Part shown: in pieces, positions 47,831 to 57,127 of the stretch
Position numbering within the stretch: the stretch's first letter is position 1
How the letters are laid out: each line of letters opens with the position of its first letter
From: Comamonadaceae bacterium
Lineage (GTDB): Bacteria > Pseudomonadota > Gammaproteobacteria > Burkholderiales > Burkholderiaceae_C
DNA length: 64,000 nucleotides
Direction of reading: 5' to 3'
Assembly: GCA_027488255.1 (NCBI GenBank)
Contig: JAIYBZ010000003.1
Location: 5,221 to 69,220 of the forward strand
Program-made: the position numbers and the translations under genes
Notes under the pieces: model-generated
The model's database searches: none
What the model saw: the letters and a program-made list of their open reading frames with translations, nothing else
What the model was told of the DNA's origin: nothing

Positions 47831-47856
47831 AGGCGAACCCTGTGTTCGCCTTTTTC
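47831..47856 (+). terminator. rho-independent terminator after tRNA-Val
   Basis: AGGCGAAC-CCTGT-GTTCGCCT followed by TTTTT. Confidence 0.8.
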
Positions 47857-47878
47857 TTGACAACACGAGACCTCAGAC

Positions 47879-49810
47879 ATGTTTGATTCCATTCGCAACC
47901 ACTCCAAAATCTTGATGGGGTTGTTGTTTTTGTTGGTGATACCGTCTTTTGTGCTGTTCGGTATCGAGGGCTATACCCAGTTTGAAGACAAAGGGGCGGT
48001 CGTTGCCAAGGTGGATGGCCAGAAAATCACCCAGTCTGAATGGGATGCCGCGCACCAAGTTGAGGTGGACCGCATTCGCGCTTCGGTGCCCAATCTGGAT
48101 CCCAAGCTGTTGGATGCGCCTGAAGCCCGTTACGCCACCCTCGAGCGGATGGTGAACGACCGTCTGATCGCCTTGGCCTCTGAGCAACAACTCTTGATCA
48201 CCAGCGACCAGCGTTTGGCGCGCTACCTGCAACAAGATCCTTCTATCGCTGGCTTGCGCGATGCCAATGGCAAGCTCGACATGGAGCGTTACCGCCAGTT
48301 GGCGGCCAGCCAGGGCATGACCCCTGAAATGCTCGAAGCCCGGGTGCGCCGTGACTTGTCCAATCAGCAAGTCTTGGCCGGCTTGCAAGGCTCTGTGTTG
48401 GTGACGCAACGGCAAACCGACATGGCTTTGGATGCCTATTTGCAACGCCGCGAAGTGCAAGTGAAGCGTTGGTTGCCTGCAGATTTCGCAGGCAAAGTCA
48501 CTTTGGCCGATGCCGATTTGCAGGGCTATTACCAAGCCAACACAGAGCGTTTCCGCTCGGTAGAAAACGCCGATGTGGAATATTTGGTCTTGGATGTGGC
48601 CACATTGCAAAAGCGCGTGGAATTGCCTGAGCAAGACCTGAAGACCTATTACGAACAAAACATGCAGCGTCTCGCTGGGCAAGAGCAACGCCGAGCCAGC
48701 CATATTTTGGTCAATGCCGCCAAAGATTTGCCGGCCGCTGAAAAACAAAAAGCCCGCGCAAAAGCCGAAGCCTTGTTGGAGACGGTGCGCAAAGCACCCG
48801 CATCGTTTGCCGATGTGGCACGTAAAAATTCGGACGATTCAGGTTCGGCCAGCCGCGGGGGTGATTTGGACTTTTTTGCCCGCGGTGCCATGGTCAAGCC
48901 CTTTGAAGACGCGGCATTCGCTTTGCAAAAAGGCAGCATCAGCGGCATCGTTGAATCTGATTTTGGTTTCCACATCATTCAACTGACCGACATCAAATTG
49001 CCGAAAGTCCCTTCGTTCGAATCGATGCGGCCGCAATTGGAAGCCGATTTGCGCAAGCAGCAAGCCCAGCGCCAATTTGCTGAAATGGCGGAAACCTTCA
49101 GCAACAGCGTCTACGAACAAGCCGACAGCTTGGCTCCTGTGGCTGAGCGCTTGAAATTGACCTTGCAAAAAGCCCAAGGCGTGACCGCCATGCCTGCAGC
49201 AGGTGTGCAGGGCTATTTGGCCAACCCCAAATTGTTGCAAGCGCTTTTCTCGGATGACGCCATCGGCAAACGCCGCAACACCGCCGCCATCGAAGTGGCG
49301 CCCAACACCTTGGTGTCTGCGCGAATCGTGACCCATCGTCCTGCGGCGGTCCGTCCCTTTGAAGAAGTCAAAGCCGAAGTTCGCCAGCGCATGTTGGCCA
49401 GCCAAGCCGCAGACTTGGCCAAGGCCGAGGGACAAAACAAGCTGAAAGAGTGGTCCGCCAATGCCGGTGAGGCCAGCCTGGGCGCTGCCTTGACGGTTTC
49501 GCGTGACCAATCGCAAAACCTGCCGCAAGCCGTGGTGGATGCCGCCTTGCGGGCCAGCCCCGAAAAAATGCCGGTGCTGGTGGGTGTGGACTTGGGGGCC
49601 CAAGGTTTCGCCGTGGTGCGGGTGAACAAAGTGGTGCCGCGTCCCGAAGCCAGTGCTTCACTGGCACAACAGAGTCGACTGCAATTTGCGCAACTCTGGG
49701 GTCAAGCCGAGGCTCAAGCTTATTTGGCCAGTTTGAAAGCCAAATACAAAGTAGAAGTGCGAACTCAAAAACCTGCAAAGTTGGCCGAGTCCGACGCTAA
49801 AAAGTCCTGA
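47879..49810 (+). CDS. ppiD: periplasmic chaperone/peptidyl-prolyl isomerase PpiD
   Basis: N-terminal membrane anchor MFDSIRNHSKILMGLLFLLVIPSFVLFG, a parvulin domain (RRASHILV...GGDLDFFARGAMVKPFEDAAF), and the conserved position after hupB. Confidence 0.85.
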   Translation: MFDSIRNHSKILMGLLFLLVIPSFVLFGIEGYTQFEDKGAVVAKVDGQKITQSEWDAAHQVEVDRIRASVPNLDPKLLDAPEARYATLERMVNDRLIALASEQQLLITSDQRLARYLQQDPSIAGLRDANGKLDMERYRQLAASQGMTPEMLEARVRRDLSNQQVLAGLQGSVLVTQRQTDMALDAYLQRREVQVKRWLPADFAGKVTLADADLQGYYQANTERFRSVENADVEYLVLDVATLQKRVELPEQDLKTYYEQNMQRLAGQEQRRASHILVNAAKDLPAAEKQKARAKAEALLETVRKAPASFADVARKNSDDSGSASRGGDLDFFARGAMVKPFEDAAFALQKGSISGIVESDFGFHIIQLTDIKLPKVPSFESMRPQLEADLRKQQAQRQFAEMAETFSNSVYEQADSLAPVAERLKLTLQKAQGVTAMPAAGVQGYLANPKLLQALFSDDAIGKRRNTAAIEVAPNTLVSARIVTHRPAAVRPFEEVKAEVRQRMLASQAADLAKAEGQNKLKEWSANAGEASLGAALTVSRDQSQNLPQAVVDAALRASPEKMPVLVGVDLGAQGFAVVRVNKVVPRPEASASLAQQSRLQFAQLWGQAEAQAYLASLKAKYKVEVRTQKPAKLAESDAKKS

Positions 49811-49819
49811 GCTTCAGGC

Positions 49820-49825
49820 TATAAT
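49820..49825 (+). promoter_or_regulatory. -10 box candidate for tRNA-His
   Basis: Perfect TATAAT 11 nt upstream of the tRNA 5' end. No convincing -35 seen. Confidence 0.4.
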
Positions 49826-49836
49826 CTTTTCACTAC

Positions 49837-49913
49837 GGTGGCTGTAGCTCAGTTGGTAGAGTCCAGGATTGTGATTCCTGTTGTCGTGGGTTCGAGCCCC
49901 ATCAGCCACCCCA
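49837..49913 (+). tRNA. tRNA-His (anticodon GTG) with encoded G-1 and CCA
   Basis: G-GTGGCTGTAGCTCAGTTGGTAGAG, anticodon loop TTGTGAT, T-arm TGGGTTCGAGCCCCA, acceptor CAGCCAC-C-CCA. Confidence 0.9.
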
Positions 49914-49923
49914 AATTTTTGCC

Positions 49924-49953
49924 AAGCCCTTCCTCCTTTGGAAGGGCTTTTTC
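49924..49953 (+). terminator. rho-independent terminator after tRNA-His
   Basis: AAGCCCTTCC-TCCTTT-GGAAGGGCTT followed by TTT. Confidence 0.8.
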
Positions 49954-50016
49954 GTTGGCGCATCACTTTGTTTGCCAAGCCGAGTTGTCCGCAGTTGGTC
50001 ACCGGATTCCCCATGA

Positions 50017-50025
50017 TTATCCACA
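50017..50025 (+). promoter_or_regulatory. consensus DnaA box
   Basis: Exact TTATCCACA, 63 nt upstream of the dnaB ATG. Confidence 0.5.
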
Positions 50026-50087
50026 GGGTTGTCCCATGACGAGCAGGCGTTCGGGCGCTAACATGGCCTTTTGATTGCTGGTCCTCC

Positions 50088-51506
50088 ATGTCTGCTGTTT
50101 TTTCTATCCCCATGAGTGAATTTCCTGCTGATCTGTCCTCGGACAGTCAAGTGGCGAAGTTGCGTGTCCCGCCCCATTCCATCGAAGCCGAGTCGAGTGT
50201 TTTGGGCGGTTTGTTGCTGGACAACGGCGCTTGGGACCGCGTGGGTGATTTGTTGGTGGATTCCGATTTTTACCGCCACGAACACCGTTTGATTTACACC
50301 GCCGTCGGGGCGCTCATCAATGCCTCGAAGCCCGCCGACGTGATCACGGTCAGTGAGTACATTCAAAACCAAGGAAAAACGGCCGAAATGGGCGGCCTTG
50401 GCTACTTGAATTCATTGGCGCAATATGTGCCCAGCGCGAGCAACATTCGCCGCTACGCCGAGATCGTTCGTGAGCGCTCCATCTTGCGCAAACTGGTCTC
50501 GGCCAGTGACGAGATCGCCACCAACGCGTTCAACCCCCAAGGCAAGGCGATTGACCGCATATTGGATGAGGCCGAGCAAAAAATCTTCAACATCGGTGAA
50601 GAAGGCTCGCGCATGAAGCAAGGCTTTCAGTCGATGGACACCTTGGTGGTGGAGTTGCTCGACCGCGTTCAAGAAATGGCCGACAACCCCAACGACATCA
50701 CGGGTGTGCCCACCGGCTTTTACGATTTGGACCGGATGACGTCCGGTTTGCAATCGGGCGATTTGGTGGTCTTGGCCGCCAGACCGTCGATGGGCAAGAC
50801 CGCCTTTGCCATCAACATTGCCGAGCATGTGGCCTTGAATGAAGGGTTGCCCGTGGCCGTTTTCTCAATGGAAATGGGGGCGTCTCAATTGGCCGTGCGT
50901 GTGGTGGGTTCGATTGGCCGCATCGACCAAGGCCGTTTGCGCACGGGCAAACTGCACGACGATGAATGGCCCCGTTTGACCGAAGCCATTGAGAAACTGC
51001 GCACGGTTTCTTTGCACATCGACGAAACCCCGGGTCTGACGCCCTCAGAGTTGCGCGCCAATGCCCGCCGCTTGTCGCGGCAGTGCGGCAAGTTGGGCAT
51101 GATTGTGGTGGACTATCTGCAGCTGATGAGTGGCTCTGGCGGCTCGGGTGGCGACAACCGTGCGACCGAGCTGGGAGAAATTTCTCGCGGCTTGAAAATG
51201 CTGGCCAAGGAGCTTCAATGCCCGGTCATCGCGCTCTCTCAGCTGAACCGAAGCGTTGAACAGCGCACCGACAAGCGGCCAATGATGAGTGACTTGCGCG
51301 AATCGGGGGCGATTGAACAAGATGCCGACATCATCATGTTCATTTACCGCGACGACTACTACAACAAAGACTCCAAAGACCCGGGCGTCGCTGAAATCAT
51401 CATCGGCAAACAGCGTAACGGCCCCACAGGCACGGTCCGATTGACCTTCCTGAAGAACCTCACGCGGTTTGAAAGCCTGGCTTCAGGTCTCAGCGACGAT
51501 TACTGA
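50088..51506 (+). CDS. dnaB: replicative DNA helicase
   Basis: N-terminal PPHSIEAESSVLGGLLLDN, Walker A AARPSMGKTAF, and the RecA-like C-terminal domain (IVVDYLQLM...ALSQLNRSVEQR). Confidence 0.95.
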   Translation: MSAVFSIPMSEFPADLSSDSQVAKLRVPPHSIEAESSVLGGLLLDNGAWDRVGDLLVDSDFYRHEHRLIYTAVGALINASKPADVITVSEYIQNQGKTAEMGGLGYLNSLAQYVPSASNIRRYAEIVRERSILRKLVSASDEIATNAFNPQGKAIDRILDEAEQKIFNIGEEGSRMKQGFQSMDTLVVELLDRVQEMADNPNDITGVPTGFYDLDRMTSGLQSGDLVVLAARPSMGKTAFAINIAEHVALNEGLPVAVFSMEMGASQLAVRVVGSIGRIDQGRLRTGKLHDDEWPRLTEAIEKLRTVSLHIDETPGLTPSELRANARRLSRQCGKLGMIVVDYLQLMSGSGGSGGDNRATELGEISRGLKMLAKELQCPVIALSQLNRSVEQRTDKRPMMSDLRESGAIEQDADIIMFIYRDDYYNKDSKDPGVAEIIIGKQRNGPTGTVRLTFLKNLTRFESLASGLSDDY

Positions 51507-51523
51507 GACCTGGCGCCGCCAGG
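51486..51523. terminator. tandem hairpins at the convergent dnaB / PIN-PhoH gene ends
   Basis: GGTCTCAG-N9-CTGAGACC spans the dnaB stop, followed by CCTGGCG-C-CGCCAGG. There is no T-run, so its function as a terminator is uncertain. Confidence 0.35.
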
Positions 51524-51530
51524 CCGATGC

Positions 51531-53204
51531 TCACAGCGCTTCGCTGGCAAAGTCAGCCAACCTAGAGCGCTCACCCCGTGCCAAGGTGATATGACCCCCA
51601 TGGGCCCAGCCCTTGAAGCGGTCAACGGCATAGGTCAGACCCGAAGAGCCTTCGGTCAGATAGGGCGTGTCGATCTGTGCCAAGTTGCCCATGCAGATGA
51701 TTTTGGTGCCGGGCCCTGCGCGGGTGATCAGCGTTTTCATCTGTTTCGGGGTCAAGTTTTGTGCCTCATCGATGATCACGTACTTGTTCATGAAGGTGCG
51801 GCCTCGCATGAAGTTCATGCTCTTGATCTTGATGCGACTCTTGATCAATTCGTTGGTGGCAGCACGGCCCCATTCGCCGGCGTTGCCACCATCGCCTTTG
51901 GCCAAAAACTCCAAGTTGTCGTCCAGCGCGCCCATCCAAGGGCCCATTTTTTCTTCTTCGGTGCCGGGTAAAAAACCGATGTCTTCACCCACACTGACGG
52001 TCGCTCGGGTCATGATGATTTCGGTGTAACGGCGATCGTCCAACACTTGCGTCAGACCGGCCGCCAGCGCCATCAGTGTTTTGCCGGTGCCCGCGGTGCC
52101 CGCCAAAGTGACGAAGTCCACATCGGGATCGGTCAGCAAATTCATCGCGAAGTTTTGTTCGCGGTTGCGAGTGGTCACGCCCCACACGGCATTTTTCTGG
52201 TGGTTGAAATCTTTCAGCGTTTTCAGCACGGCGGTTTTGCCGCGAATTTCAGTCACACGGGCGTAAAGACTGGGCTCGCCGGGGGCTTCGAAATACACAA
52301 ACTGGTTCATGAACAAGCTCGGCACGATGGGCCCACTGATGCGGTAGTAGGTGTGCGTGCCTTGTTGCCAGCTTTCAACGGTCTTGCCGTTTTTCAGCCA
52401 AAAATCAGCGGGCAGGGCCAAAGACCCGGGATACAAAAGATCGCCGTCTTCCAGTGTTTTGTCGTTTTGATAATCCTCGGCCTGCAAACCCAAGGCCCGC
52501 GCTTTGACCCGCATGTTGATGTCTTTCGACACCAGCACCACTTCACGGGGCGCTTGCATTTGGCCCAGGGCTTTGACGACGCCTAAGATTTGATTGTCGG
52601 CCTTGCCCTGTGGCAGCGCCAGTGGCAGGGTCAGGTCGAGCGCCTGTGTCTGAAAAAACAATTGCCCGGTCGCATCGTTATGGCCAGTGGTGTTCAGCGG
52701 TGAGCCCTTGCCGAGGTCTGAGCCTTGAGCCGAGGCCAGCGCGTCCAGTGAGCGGCTGGCCTGTCGGGCGTTGCGGGCCACTTCGGTCATGCCTTTTTTG
52801 TGGCCGTCCAGTTCTTCCAGCACGATCATGGGCAAAAAGACATCGTGCTCTTCAAACCGGAACAGGCTCATGGGGTCGTGCATGAGCACATTGGTGTCCA
52901 GCACAAACAATTTGCGGGGACCTGAAGGGCGTTTCGGCCGACTCGGGGCCGAGGCGGCGCGTTGTGGCGCCTGGGGGGTGGGTTCAGCCGCAGCGGGCAA
53001 TGCCGTCACGGCAGAAGAGCGATCTCTTGCGGCGGGTTTCGTTTTTGACTTGTTGGCTGCGCTGGGACGCTCGGCTTTGTTCGGGGCTTTGGCGGCTTTG
53101 TAGGTGGCTTCGGCGGCGGGTGATTCGTCAGTGGGCTCGGGGGTCTCAAAAGCGGTGTGGGTCAATCGGCTGGCGCGTTGGGTCGGTGCGGGTGGCAGTG
53201 GCAT
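51531..53204 (-). CDS. PIN-domain + PhoH-like ATPase (YlaK-type) with disordered N-terminal extension
   Basis: PIN region FVLDTNVLMHDP...VLEELD, Walker A GTAGTGKT, PhoH-type C-terminus. Start chosen at MPLPPAP (53204); the tracked start at 53315 runs through the bcp terminator. Confidence 0.8.
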   Translation of the reverse strand: MPLPPAPTQRASRLTHTAFETPEPTDESPAAEATYKAAKAPNKAERPSAANKSKTKPAARDRSSAVTALPAAAEPTPQAPQRAASAPSRPKRPSGPRKLFVLDTNVLMHDPMSLFRFEEHDVFLPMIVLEELDGHKKGMTEVARNARQASRSLDALASAQGSDLGKGSPLNTTGHNDATGQLFFQTQALDLTLPLALPQGKADNQILGVVKALGQMQAPREVVLVSKDINMRVKARALGLQAEDYQNDKTLEDGDLLYPGSLALPADFWLKNGKTVESWQQGTHTYYRISGPIVPSLFMNQFVYFEAPGEPSLYARVTEIRGKTAVLKTLKDFNHQKNAVWGVTTRNREQNFAMNLLTDPDVDFVTLAGTAGTGKTLMALAAGLTQVLDDRRYTEIIMTRATVSVGEDIGFLPGTEEEKMGPWMGALDDNLEFLAKGDGGNAGEWGRAATNELIKSRIKIKSMNFMRGRTFMNKYVIIDEAQNLTPKQMKTLITRAGPGTKIICMGNLAQIDTPYLTEGSSGLTYAVDRFKGWAHGGHITLARGERSRLADFASEAL

Positions 53205-53244
53205 GAACAGTGGTCTCTTGAGGATGAAAAAATGCGTCAAAAAA

Positions 53245-53276
53245 CAAAAAGCCGCCTGGAGGCCAAGGCGGCTTTT
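53245..53276 (-). terminator. rho-independent terminator after bcp
   Basis: AAAAAGCCGCC-TGGAGGCCAA-GGCGGCTTTTT; the stem has a bulge and U-runs on both strands. Confidence 0.7.
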
Positions 53277-53354
53277 TGTGGGGAATGAAGGGGGCTGGGT
53301 TTCAGCGGCATGCAAACATTATGCACGAGCCAAAAGACAATTCCTTCGGGGAGA

Positions 53355-53840
53355 TCAGGCCACTGCGGCGGCTTTTTTCAGGTCTTTGACGGCCTTGAGC
53401 ACTTCTTCCACATGGCCGGGAACTTTCAGGCCGCGCCACTCTTGTTTCAGGGTGCCGTCTGCGCCGACCAAGAAGGTGCTGCGTTCAATGCCTTTGACTT
53501 TTTTGCCGTACATGATCTTGTTTTTGACCACGCCAAACATGTGGCACATTTTTTCTTCGGTGTCGGCAATCAACTCGAAGGGCAGTTCCAATTTGGCTTT
53601 GAAGTCGTCGTGGGACTTCATGTTGTCGCGTGAGACACCCAAAACCAGAGCGCCGGCTTTCACGAAATCTTTGTATTTGTCACGAAACTGCATGGCTTCA
53701 GTGGTGCAGCCTGGGGTGTTGTCTTTGGGGTAGAAAAACAAAACCACCGGTTGACCGAGGTGAGAGACGTTCGAAACTTTCAGGCCGCTGGTTGCGTTCG
53801 CTTCAAATTCGGGAAGGGGTTTGTTAAGAACGATCGCCAT
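53355..53840 (-). CDS. bcp: thioredoxin-dependent thiol peroxidase (Bcp, PrxQ type)
   Basis: YPKDNTPGCTTEA peroxidatic Cys motif, 161 aa. Confidence 0.9.
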   Translation of the reverse strand: MAIVLNKPLPEFEANATSGLKVSNVSHLGQPVVLFFYPKDNTPGCTTEAMQFRDKYKDFVKAGALVLGVSRDNMKSHDDFKAKLELPFELIADTEEKMCHMFGVVKNKIMYGKKVKGIERSTFLVGADGTLKQEWRGLKVPGHVEEVLKAVKDLKKAAAVA

Positions 53841-53998
53841 AAAACTTAAATCTCACTTGACGGGTTGAGCGATGACCAACACCCGGAAGTGTCAGTGTCG
53901 CTAGAGGCCATTGGCCTTGGCAACCGTCGATTTTACTCTGAATGCGGACGCCTGGCAGATCCTTGATCAGGATTCAGGGGCCCTTTGAATTCGCCTCT

Positions 53999-54376
53999 TC
54001 AGCTCTCCAACAGCACGGCGAGCACCACTTTCCGGCCTTCGCTGGCCAAGATGTTGTAAGTGCGGCAAGCCGCTGCGGTGTCCATGGTTTCGAGGCCGAT
54101 GCCTTTTCCGACCAACGATTGCAGCCAACTGGGCTTGGGGAACCGCAAGCGTTTGCCACTGCCAAAAATCACCAATTCGGCACCGGTTAAGCCTAAAACA
54201 TCAAAATTTGCAGGTTCTAAAGCCTCAAACGCGGGAATGTGCCATGCCTCGGGCGTCGCGCCGGGCAAACTGCTGACGATCAAGGAGTGCTCAAAACGCT
54301 GTCCATTGACCTCGATCCAACCCTCGCCGTAGGCATTGATCGTCAGGCTGTTGGATTTGTCGGGTTGTAGTTTCAT
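53999..54376 (-). CDS. Mth938-like (DUF498) domain protein
   Basis: 125 aa. INAYGEGWIEVNGQRFEHSLIV...LVIFGSGKRLRFP...GLETMDTAAACRTYN is typical of the Mth938/NDUFAF3-like family. The upstream extension to 54490 was rejected. Confidence 0.7.
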   Translation of the reverse strand: MKLQPDKSNSLTINAYGEGWIEVNGQRFEHSLIVSSLPGATPEAWHIPAFEALEPANFDVLGLTGAELVIFGSGKRLRFPKPSWLQSLVGKGIGLETMDTAAACRTYNILASEGRKVVLAVLLES

Positions 54377-54507
54377 GAAGAGGTGCAGGTGGGCGGGCGA
54401 TTTCTGTGGCGCATTAGAGGCGTTGCTCAGTTTGCGAGGGGAGAATTGGCCCTGAATTGTGGTCAAATTATAAGTTTTCCTCTCTCGCAACTGCCTTTGG
54501 AGGCACT

Positions 54508-55749
54508 TTGAAGCCCATTCAAAAATCTGCCAAGCTCGCCAACGTTTGTTATGACATTCGTGGACCCATCATGGACCGCGCCCGTCAAATGGAAGAAGAC
54601 GGGCAAAAAATCATCAAATTGAACATCGGAAACTTGGCAGTTTTCGGCTTTGATGCGCCTGAAGAAATCCAGCAAGACATGATCCGCAACCTGCCGAATT
54701 CGGCGGGTTATTCCGACAGCAAGGGCATTTTTGCAGCGCGCAAAGCCGTCATGCATGAAACTCAAAAGCAGGGCATTTTGGGGGTCACGCTGGATGACAT
54801 TTATTTGGGCAATGGGGCCAGCGAATTGATCGTCATGGCCACCAATGGCCTGCTCGACAACGGCGATGAATTGCTGCTGCCGACGCCCGACTACCCGTTG
54901 TGGACCGCGGCGGCCAGTTTGTCGGGTGGAACTCCTGTGCACTACCACTGCGAGGAAGCCAACGGATGGATGCCCAACTTGGACGATATTCGGGCCAAAG
55001 TGACACCGCGCACCAAGGGCATCGTGGTGATCAATCCGAACAACCCGACAGGTGCGCTGTACTCGGTCGAGTTGTTGCAGGGCATTGTGGCCATTGCGCG
55101 TGAACACGGCTTGGTCATTTTTGCCGATGAGGTGTACGACAAAGTGTTGTACGGCGGTGCCAAGCACACCCCATTGGCCAGTTTGTCGCAAGACGTTTTG
55201 ACATTGACATTCAATTCGCTCTCAAAGAGTTACCGCTCTTGCGGTTATCGCGCGGGCTGGATGGTGATTTCGGGCGACAAGAAAAACGCACGCGACTACA
55301 TTGAGGGCCTGAACATGCTCTCCAACATGCGCTTGTGCGCCAATGTGCCCGGTCAATGGGCCATACAAACGGCTTTGGGGGGGCACCAAAGCATCAATGA
55401 ATTGGTGGGTGAGGGCGGTCGCTTGCGCAAGCAACGCGATTTGGCCTATGAACTGATCACCGCCATTCCCGGGGTCAGTTGTGTCAAGCCGCAGGCGGCG
55501 CTGTACATGTTCCCCAAATTGGATCCAGTCATTTATCCCGTCAAGGACGACCAAGACTTTTTCTTGCAATTGCTAGAAGAAACCAAGGTCATGCTGGTGC
55601 AAGGCACCGGCTTTAACTGGCCCGACACCGACCATTTCCGCATCGTATTTTTGCCGCATGAAGATGATTTGCGGGAAGCCATTGCGCGCGTGGCGCGTTT
55701 TTTACAGGGCGCCCGAAAGCGTTTTGGCACCGAGGCGTTGGTGGCCTGA
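54508..55749 (+). CDS. PLP-dependent aminotransferase (AlaA/AlaC-like alanine transaminase)
   Basis: KSAKLANVCYDIRGP aligns with the E. coli AlaA N-terminus KSSKLENVCYDIRGP. PLP-lysine context SLSKSYRSCGYRAGW. Start proposed at the TTG at 54508, 6 nt after a GGAGG; there is no in-frame ATG upstream of the conserved region. Confidence 0.85.
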   Translation: MKPIQKSAKLANVCYDIRGPIMDRARQMEEDGQKIIKLNIGNLAVFGFDAPEEIQQDMIRNLPNSAGYSDSKGIFAARKAVMHETQKQGILGVTLDDIYLGNGASELIVMATNGLLDNGDELLLPTPDYPLWTAAASLSGGTPVHYHCEEANGWMPNLDDIRAKVTPRTKGIVVINPNNPTGALYSVELLQGIVAIAREHGLVIFADEVYDKVLYGGAKHTPLASLSQDVLTLTFNSLSKSYRSCGYRAGWMVISGDKKNARDYIEGLNMLSNMRLCANVPGQWAIQTALGGHQSINELVGEGGRLRKQRDLAYELITAIPGVSCVKPQAALYMFPKLDPVIYPVKDDQDFFLQLLEETKVMLVQGTGFNWPDTDHFRIVFLPHEDDLREAIARVARFLQGARKRFGTEALVA

Positions 55750-55804
55750 AATCCATTTTTTCCGCCCGCGTGTTGCGGGCCACATGTAGTAAAGAAGTAA
55801 AGCA

Positions 55805-57127
55805 ATGAAACCGATCAAAGTTGGCCTGTTGGGCATGGGCACCGTGGGCAGTGGCACTTTCAATGTGCTCAAGCGCAACCAAGGAGAGATTCAACGCCGT
55901 GCCGGTCGCGGCATCGAAATCACGATGGTGGCCGACTTGGATGTTGCGCGTGCCAAGGCCTTGGCTGGCGAGGGCGTGCAAGTGGTGGCCGATGGCCGCG
56001 AGATCATTGCCAACCCCGACATCGACATCGTCATCGAGTTGATCGGCGGCTACGGCGTCGCCAAAACCATGGTCATGGAGGCGATTGCAGCCGGCAAACA
56101 CGTGGTCACCGCCAACAAGGCGCTGTTGGCCGTGCATGGCACGGAGATTTTTTCTGCAGCGCAGGCCAAAGGGGTGATGGTGGCCTTTGAGGCGGCTGTG
56201 GCCGGTGGTATTCCCATCATCAAAGCACTGCGAGAAGGCCTGACCGCCAACAGCATCCAGTGGGTGGCCGGCATCATCAATGGCACCACCAACTTCATCT
56301 TGTCCGAGATGCGCGACAAGGGCTTGGATTTTGGTGTGGTGCTCAAAGAAGCCCAACGCTTGGGCTACGCCGAAGCCGATCCGACCTTTGACATCGAAGG
56401 CGTGGATGCCGCACACAAAGTCACCTTGATGAGTGCCATTGCCTTTGGCATTCCCGTTCAGTTTGACAAAGCCTATGTGGAAGGCATCACCCAACTCGGC
56501 GCAGCCGACATCAAGTACGCCGAACAACTGGGCTACCGCATCAAATTGCTGGGCATCACCAAACGTACCGCCAACGGCGTGGAATTGCGCGTGCACCCCA
56601 GCTTGGTGCCCGCCCAACGCCTGATTGCCAATGTCGAAGGGGCCATGAATGCGGTCATGGTGCAAGGCGATGCCGTTGGCACTACTTTGTATTACGGCAA
56701 GGGCGCAGGATCTGAGCCGACCGCCAGTGCGGTGATTGCCGACTTGGTGGACATTGCGCGATTGCACTCGGCCGACCCACAAAACCGCGTGCCTCACTTG
56801 GCTTTCCAGCCCGGCGCCATGAGCAGTTTGTCGGTGTTGCCCATGTCCGAAGTGGTGACCAGTTATTACCTGCGTTTGCGGGTGGCTGATCAAGCCGGCG
56901 TTTTGGCCAAATTGACGGGCTTGTTGGCCCAAGCCAATATCAGCATCGATGCGGTGTTGCAACGCGAAGCCGATCAGGTGAGCCAAGCAGGCGAAAACCA
57001 AACCGATGTGATCATCTTGACCCACGACACCCGTGAAGGCACGCTGAACGCTGTCTTGGCCGACATGCAAGCCCTTCCTACCGTCATGGCGCCGATTGTG
57101 CGCATTCGCAAAGAAGAGTTGAACTGA
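55805..57127 (+). CDS. hom: homoserine dehydrogenase
   Basis: NAD motif GLLGMGTVGSG, a catalytic-domain stretch (GIINGTTNFIL...AEADPTFDIEG), and a C-terminal ACT domain. Confidence 0.95.
   Translation: MKPIKVGLLGMGTVGSGTFNVLKRNQGEIQRRAGRGIEITMVADLDVARAKALAGEGVQVVADGREIIANPDIDIVIELIGGYGVAKTMVMEAIAAGKHVVTANKALLAVHGTEIFSAAQAKGVMVAFEAAVAGGIPIIKALREGLTANSIQWVAGIINGTTNFILSEMRDKGLDFGVVLKEAQRLGYAEADPTFDIEGVDAAHKVTLMSAIAFGIPVQFDKAYVEGITQLGAADIKYAEQLGYRIKLLGITKRTANGVELRVHPSLVPAQRLIANVEGAMNAVMVQGDAVGTTLYYGKGAGSEPTASAVIADLVDIARLHSADPQNRVPHLAFQPGAMSSLSVLPMSEVVTSYYLRLRVADQAGVLAKLTGLLAQANISIDAVLQREADQVSQAGENQTDVIILTHDTREGTLNAVLADMQALPTVMAPIVRIRKEELN

Noticed and set aside
55750-55804. Hairpin GCCCGC-GTGTT-GCGGGC between the aminotransferase gene and hom, considered as an attenuator or thr leader
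   Set aside because: There is no leader peptide ORF rich in Thr/Ile codons, no alternative pairing and no T-run. It is probably just a weak stem in a short spacer.
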